Below, piece after piece: positions 59,390-64,000 of a DNA stretch of 64,000 nucleotides. The position numbers and the translations under genes were made by a program. Numbering within the stretch: position 1 is the stretch's first letter; the number at the start of each line of letters is the position of its first letter. The notes under the pieces were generated by a model, which saw nothing but the letters and a program-made list of their open reading frames with translations, was not told the origin of the DNA and searched no databases. The stretch comes from Promethearchaeota archaeon. Its GTDB lineage: Archaea; Asgardarchaeota; Lokiarchaeia; Sigyniarchaeales; SOKP01. The stretch is from assembly GCA_016840085.1 (NCBI GenBank), contig JAEOTA010000036.1:32001-96000 (forward strand). Direction: 5' to 3'.

Positions 59390-61057
59390 TTATTTTTTAC
59401 GTTTTTTTAATTCCGCAATCGATTTTTCAGCTAGAATTATCGCATCATCTGACCTTGACTTATATTTCTTTACTTGTGCGTCTAATTCGATTATCCTATT
59501 ATTTAGATCTAATACTGTTTCGCTATCCTCGGTTAATTGAATCATATCTCCCTCACCAGATTTTGCCATTTCTTTAAGATACTTATATTTCTCTTTCCAA
59601 ACATTTATCTCAGTTTGCAATTCTTCAATAGTTTCATCTGTTGCTATCAGAGGGATATCTTTTCCTTCTTTTACATCAGCAACTTTTTGTTTTAATCGCC
59701 CTACCTCATCCTCTAATTCTTGAACTCTAACTTTTAATGCGGCAATCTCATCTAAATAATCTCCTGCCTTTTTTGGTTCCAACATTTCTTCAAACATAGA
59801 TTTTCCAGTTTCCAGTTCATCAGCAGATTTTCCACCCAAAAGTCTCTCCTTACGTTTCTGTAGTTCTTCTACTGTGTTATCTGAAAGGAAATCTAAAGGA
59901 TTAAAGCTAACCCCACCATGCTTGGTTCGTCGTGCTCTTATTTTAACAAAGAGAGGAATTCCTTTCACAGCTTCTCCACAGATTATAGCTTGCCCTTTAT
60001 CTAACCCTGAAATATCTGATTTGTTGTCATTACTTAAATCTTCTGCACTTGATATTGTAATTCCAATATCTCTTATATCTGATAAGTTGTGAACAACCCA
60101 CGTTCCTGCTTGAGCTCTGATTGTTGTATCTAATAATTGTGGACGTTGTGTTCCAATCACTATATTAGCACCGAATTTTCTACCCTCTTGGGCGAATAAT
60201 TTAACAACTTCACAAGTTTCTGTCTGTTTCTTTCCAGCAAATAAGTGAGCCTCGTCTAAAAACAAGTAGAAAGGAGGTATTCCTCTTGTTGTGCTTGCAT
60301 CATATAATTTTTTTAGTAATTTACCTGCTATAGCTTCTTGAACTTCTAAAGCTAAACCATTTAGATTAACCACAGTACATAAATTAGGGGCAACAATATC
60401 CGAAGGCTTTAATGAAAATAAATACTCAATATCAACATCTCCACCCTTATTTTTCTTCAAATCAGAAAATTCAACAATTCTATCTACAAACTCACTTTCA
60501 CCTTCCGGAAGGTCTTCACCTGCAACCTTCAAACTCCCATATTCTCCATGTCTATCTAATATTACTAAAGGAATTCCCTTCTTAAGAAATTCCTCACATA
60601 ATACACCCATTGTATAGGATTTTCCAGAGCCAGACTTTCCTGTAATAAAGATTCTACCAAAATTCTTTATTAATAAATAAACTTCATAAGGATAACCGAT
60701 AAGCTTTCCCAAAGAGAGAGATTCTTCTGGTGGGTTGAAGATTCCTAAAATCTTTGAAATTTGTTCTTCTTTAGCCATGAAGACATCCGAGCCAATTTCA
60801 AAAGGTCTGGTCGGTCGCTCTCCTAAAACTTGTAGTTTAGCCATTCGTCCCTTCTCATCAGTCCACATATCGCTAATGTAAAGTACGTAATAAGTTTTGT
60901 TTCCTTCCTCATCTTTTTCACCGAAAACTACTAAATAGTTATTTCTTTCAACTGAAGGACCTTCAAATACGGCTGTAACTGTATGAACTGTGGTCTTTCC
61001 AGTTAATCTACCTACTGGCTTTTCTTCTTGTGTATGTTCTTCTGTCATTAATACCAC
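59390..61057 (-). CDS. HerA/FtsK-superfamily ATPase (DUF87-like) with N-terminal barrel and C-terminal coiled coil
   Basis: GKSGSGKS, ILDRHGEY, LDEAH, QEGRKFG, TQRP. About 150-aa heptad-rich C-terminus. Confidence 0.85.
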   Translation of the reverse strand: MVLMTEEHTQEEKPVGRLTGKTTVHTVTAVFEGPSVERNNYLVVFGEKDEEGNKTYYVLYISDMWTDEKGRMAKLQVLGERPTRPFEIGSDVFMAKEEQISKILGIFNPPEESLSLGKLIGYPYEVYLLIKNFGRIFITGKSGSGKSYTMGVLCEEFLKKGIPLVILDRHGEYGSLKVAGEDLPEGESEFVDRIVEFSDLKKNKGGDVDIEYLFSLKPSDIVAPNLCTVVNLNGLALEVQEAIAGKLLKKLYDASTTRGIPPFYLFLDEAHLFAGKKQTETCEVVKLFAQEGRKFGANIVIGTQRPQLLDTTIRAQAGTWVVHNLSDIRDIGITISSAEDLSNDNKSDISGLDKGQAIICGEAVKGIPLFVKIRARRTKHGGVSFNPLDFLSDNTVEELQKRKERLLGGKSADELETGKSMFEEMLEPKKAGDYLDEIAALKVRVQELEDEVGRLKQKVADVKEGKDIPLIATDETIEELQTEINVWKEKYKYLKEMAKSGEGDMIQLTEDSETVLDLNNRIIELDAQVKKYKSRSDDAIILAEKSIAELKKRKK

Positions 61058-61235
61058 ATAAAATAATATACGTTATAATGATCTTAGAAATTTTAAAAAT
61101 ATAAATCTAAGCGAATTTTTAATAAAATTGCGAATCTTTAGCTTCTATTATTACAAATTATAATTAACAATTTAAAATAAGAAAAGGAAAAAAAGAAATT
61201 TAGTCCTTTTATTAAAAGTAATAAATCATATTTAT

Positions 61236-62165
61236 TTACTTTCTTTGATAAATAATACTTTTCTTTACCATTTTTATGGGTTTATAGGATTCTTTTGCTC
61301 TTTTTAATCCTTCTATGCCCAAATCTTGTTCCCTATTAACATATTCTATATCTACGCAGCAATTCTTTAAGAACAAATTATTGATTGCTTGATAAGAACC
61401 TTCATATTCCATATGAGCTTTCTCAATATGAATCACTAACGTTTTTTCATTTAACATTTCACCGAATGTATAAGCAGCACATTTGTCTTCTACACAGATT
61501 ATCCCTCCACTATAACCAAGTGATTCAAAATTATTTAAAGCTTCATGTATCGCATCATGTTCTGCTTCTAAGCTTTCATCTTCGGTGCAAGCCCTCATTA
61601 TGCACCATTCTAATTGAAGTTCTTTACATTTTTCAACAAGATCTTTAGTTATTAATTTGAAATCATAATTATAATTATTAAAGAATTTTTGCAGCCATCT
61701 TCTATTTTGTCTGTACTTATTTCCCGCTAAATTAAGAATCTCTTCTTTGTTATAAATATAGTCCCAATTATTACGATCTTCAAGGCAATCTAAATTTAAT
61801 ATCTTAAATTTCTCATTTTTAACTAACTCTACACAGATATCTTCAGGAACTCTATGAACTTCAATATCATGAATATTCTCAAATAATTCCAAAATAATCT
61901 CATCAGGATGCGGACCAATTGGAGGAAAGAAGTAAATATAATTTTTAGAATCTACATTAATCGGTTTTCTTCTAGTTTTTAAGTAATCATACGAAAATAA
62001 GATTAAATGCTCCTTAAATTGAACAAATAAGAAATTATAATAATTCCTCCACATGAAGAGGTTTGTAAATGTAAATTCAGAAATTTCTGGTGAAAATTTA
62101 TGAAAATAATCATTAAATAATTTTTTATCTGTTATATTGATAGGTTTTCCCGTGCTAAGATCCAT
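61236..62165 (-). CDS. DUF2156 / aminoacyl-phosphatidylglycerol synthase C-terminal-like GNAT domain protein
   Basis: SEFTFTNLFMW, DYIY...LAGNKY, IHIEKA, YVNREQDLGIEGLKRAKESYKP. Confidence 0.88.
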   Translation of the reverse strand: MDLSTGKPINITDKKLFNDYFHKFSPEISEFTFTNLFMWRNYYNFLFVQFKEHLILFSYDYLKTRRKPINVDSKNYIYFFPPIGPHPDEIILELFENIHDIEVHRVPEDICVELVKNEKFKILNLDCLEDRNNWDYIYNKEEILNLAGNKYRQNRRWLQKFFNNYNYDFKLITKDLVEKCKELQLEWCIMRACTEDESLEAEHDAIHEALNNFESLGYSGGIICVEDKCAAYTFGEMLNEKTLVIHIEKAHMEYEGSYQAINNLFLKNCCVDIEYVNREQDLGIEGLKRAKESYKPIKMVKKSIIYQRK

Positions 62166-62256
62166 GGATTATTTTTATTTAAAGAGCTTTAAAAGTATTA
62201 TCCTTTTAGATGAGAAACTTGAAATATTTCCTTGTTCTAAAATATTTCAAAAAAAA

Positions 62257-62685
62257 TTAGTATTGTTTTCTGATTAATTTTAATATTTCTTTGATAAAAT
62301 TTTCTACATCAATTAATTTTTCTTTTATAAACATAAGAACTTTTGAATTGTCAATTTTAGCATATCCATGGACTAAGATATTTCTGAACCTAGCCATATT
62401 GGTTAAATTTTTACTCAATGGTTCTTTAATAATATCATTTTTATCAAGAATCTCAAACATTTCAGCATAACTTTCTGCTCTTTGAAACCCTTTTGCAGAA
62501 ATTATATGTGACGCAATATCAATGCAAGCTTCAATTATTTCAAATAGAGAGTATTTTATAGCTTGAATATCTTTATAGCTACTTAAAAGTTCAACTTCAT
62601 TTTTTTCTTTATATGTACTTAAAAAAGTTGTATTTCGTTCAATAATATCTATTTTGCCATGAATTAACTCCTTATCTATTTGCAT
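62257..62685 (-). CDS. HEPN RNase toxin (DUF86/HepT)
   Basis: RX4-6H motif FRNILVHGY, IEACIDIA. Confidence 0.9.
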   Translation of the reverse strand: MQIDKELIHGKIDIIERNTTFLSTYKEKNEVELLSSYKDIQAIKYSLFEIIEACIDIASHIISAKGFQRAESYAEMFEILDKNDIIKEPLSKNLTNMARFRNILVHGYAKIDNSKVLMFIKEKLIDVENFIKEILKLIRKQY

Positions 62686-63091
62686 ATCTCAACTCTCTCA
62701 TATTATCGTAAATTTCAAAATGTGGCTTAATATCTAAATATTCTTTCATAATTTTTGCTTCAAATTGAACTCTTTTGGTCTCATCACTCGCGTAAATAAT
62801 TTTAGAATTTTTAAGCATTGAATAAAGAAATCTTAAAGGTTTATCATTTAAAATTCTTACATCTACGGGTTTAATCTCTCCCAAAGTATCTCTAAGCTTT
62901 TTTTCAAATTTTCCAGCTATTTTTGCTTCATACATTAGCTTAGGTTTAAAGCTTTCGCTAATTAATAATCCAACATCAATATCTTCATAAAAATCACTGT
63001 ATAATACAGAACCATAAAGATAGGATGCGATAATCTCCTTATTTTCTGATAAAATTTCTGTTAATACCTTCTTTATTTCTTCAATATTCAT
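62672..63091 (-). CDS. Minimal nucleotidyltransferase (MNT) antitoxin
   Basis: YLYGS...DIDVG and VDVRILN. Overlaps the HEPN gene by 14 bp. Confidence 0.9.
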   Translation of the reverse strand: MNIEEIKKVLTEILSENKEIIASYLYGSVLYSDFYEDIDVGLLISESFKPKLMYEAKIAGKFEKKLRDTLGEIKPVDVRILNDKPLRFLYSMLKNSKIIYASDETKRVQFEAKIMKEYLDIKPHFEIYDNMRELRYANR

Positions 63092-63211
63092 TTTATAATA
63101 ATTTTAATGTCCTTTCAATTAAATATATTTTATGTGGACAAATAAAATTTTTTTTTTTCTTAATTAAAAAGTAAAGTTACAATCTTATACCAGATTAAAC
63201 TTCTTTATATA

Positions 63212-63889
63212 ATGAGACTCTCAATTATTTTGGATTTTTGGTTAATTTTAAGAATTATTTTCCTAATTTTTCTGATAATTTTAGGAATTTTTTTTTTCAT
63301 TGTATTCATTCTTTTAAGAGTTATCCGAAGATATTATAAATTCCCTATTCCTGGTTTTTTAACACGTTTAATTGACAATCCTATAAGAAGAAAATTAATA
63401 CAAAAACCTGAAAAAGTTGCTGATCGAATGGAACTTGAACCTGGTATGGTAATAGTTGAAATTGGGCCTGGAAAAGGAAGTTATACAAAAGAGCTTGCAA
63501 AAAGAGTTCTACCAGATGGAAGAGTGTATGCTATAGATATTCAAGAATCCGTTATCAACTGGTTAAAACGGCGAATTAAAAAAGAAAATATCACTAATAT
63601 AATTCCTAAAATTGATGATGCATATAATCTTTCATTTGAAGATGGCAGTGTTGATCGTGTTCTAGCGATTGCTTGTCTTCCTGAAATTCCAGAGCCAGTA
63701 AAAGTTCTTAAAGAATTGAAAAGAGTTTTAAAACTTGATGGTATAGTTTCTCTTAGCGAATTGATTCCAGATCCTGATTATCCTAGAAGAAAAACAGAAA
63801 AAACTTGGGCAGAAGAAGCTGGTTTTGAATTGTATAAACAATTTAGAAATTGGTTCGTATATCAATTAAACTTTAAGAAGAAAAACTAG
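63212..63889 (+). CDS. Class I SAM-dependent methyltransferase with N-terminal TM
   Basis: VEIGPGKG, VYAIDIQ, DAYNLSFEDGSVD, LKELKRVLK. Confidence 0.9.
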   Translation: MRLSIILDFWLILRIIFLIFLIILGIFFFIVFILLRVIRRYYKFPIPGFLTRLIDNPIRRKLIQKPEKVADRMELEPGMVIVEIGPGKGSYTKELAKRVLPDGRVYAIDIQESVINWLKRRIKKENITNIIPKIDDAYNLSFEDGSVDRVLAIACLPEIPEPVKVLKELKRVLKLDGIVSLSELIPDPDYPRRKTEKTWAEEAGFELYKQFRNWFVYQLNFKKKN

Positions 63890-64000
63890 ATCCTTGGATT
63901 AATATAATTTGAATATTAAATAGAAATAGAAATAAAAAAAAATAAAATTAAATCTCTATAATTTTTGAACTATTAAATCAGCTAAACGGTTGGAGTAACC

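Noticed and set aside
3619-61648. Many short ORF-track entries antisense to or nested in long genes (e.g. 3619-3960, 6983-7324, 13742-14116, 14998-15450, 28115-28504, 42155-43389, 59365-59577, 61385-61648)
   Set aside because: They are shadows of well-supported genes, with Ile/Ser/Phe-rich antisense composition and no motifs.
59390-63091. Defence island made of HerA plus HEPN-MNT
   Set aside because: There is no Sir2, nuclease or other defence partner; the intervening and flanking genes are housekeeping-type.
1-64000. Selenoprotein (in-frame TGA/SECIS), CRISPR array, tRNA/rRNA, intact transposase or integrase
   Set aside because: TGA-ending genes appear complete. I saw no repeat-spacer periodicity, no cloverleaf or rRNA-like GC-rich segment and no transposase or recombinase motifs. 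This is by eye only; tRNAscan-SE and Infernal were not run.

Overview
AT-rich archaeal chromosomal DNA, most likely from an Asgard archaeon of the Lokiarchaeia. Support for this: a Loki-CTERM-type IPGY-TM-basic sorting tail, several longin-like domains, small GTPases, a V4R protein, archaeal XPF/TET/GGR housekeeping genes and oligo-T terminators. The window holds about 45 CDSs. I found no rRNA, tRNA, CRISPR array or intact mobile element. Ordinary content: phosphohexomutase, MacB-type and ABC-2 exporters, beta-oxidation enzymes, nadB, an aldolase, UroD/MtaA-family paralogs, MFS transporters, an M42 peptidase and a HEPN-MNT pair. The best candidates for new biology are: (i) two tandem 12-TM MFS-fold proteins, each with a cytoplasmic C-terminal longin-like domain, flanked on both sides by LMW protein-tyrosine phosphatases (a possible transceptor module, 18.0-22.7 kb); (ii) a folliculin/SMCR8-like uDENN domain retaining the ARG arginine-finger motif, fused to a degenerate small GTPase (49.1-50.2 kb); (iii) two giant internally duplicated 4-TM surface proteins sharing a near-invariant cytoplasmic motif [KR][YF]PxxVRKVRKYR[KR]TL (30.9-40.1 kb). 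Details not shown in the ORF track: likely CTG and ATT start codons, a palindromic operator repeated before a wHTH-methyltransferase regulator and its ABC exporter, a pseudogene remnant recording a tandem duplication, and a third MacB-type domain nested inside a permease. All family assignments come from motif recognition by eye; no searches were run.
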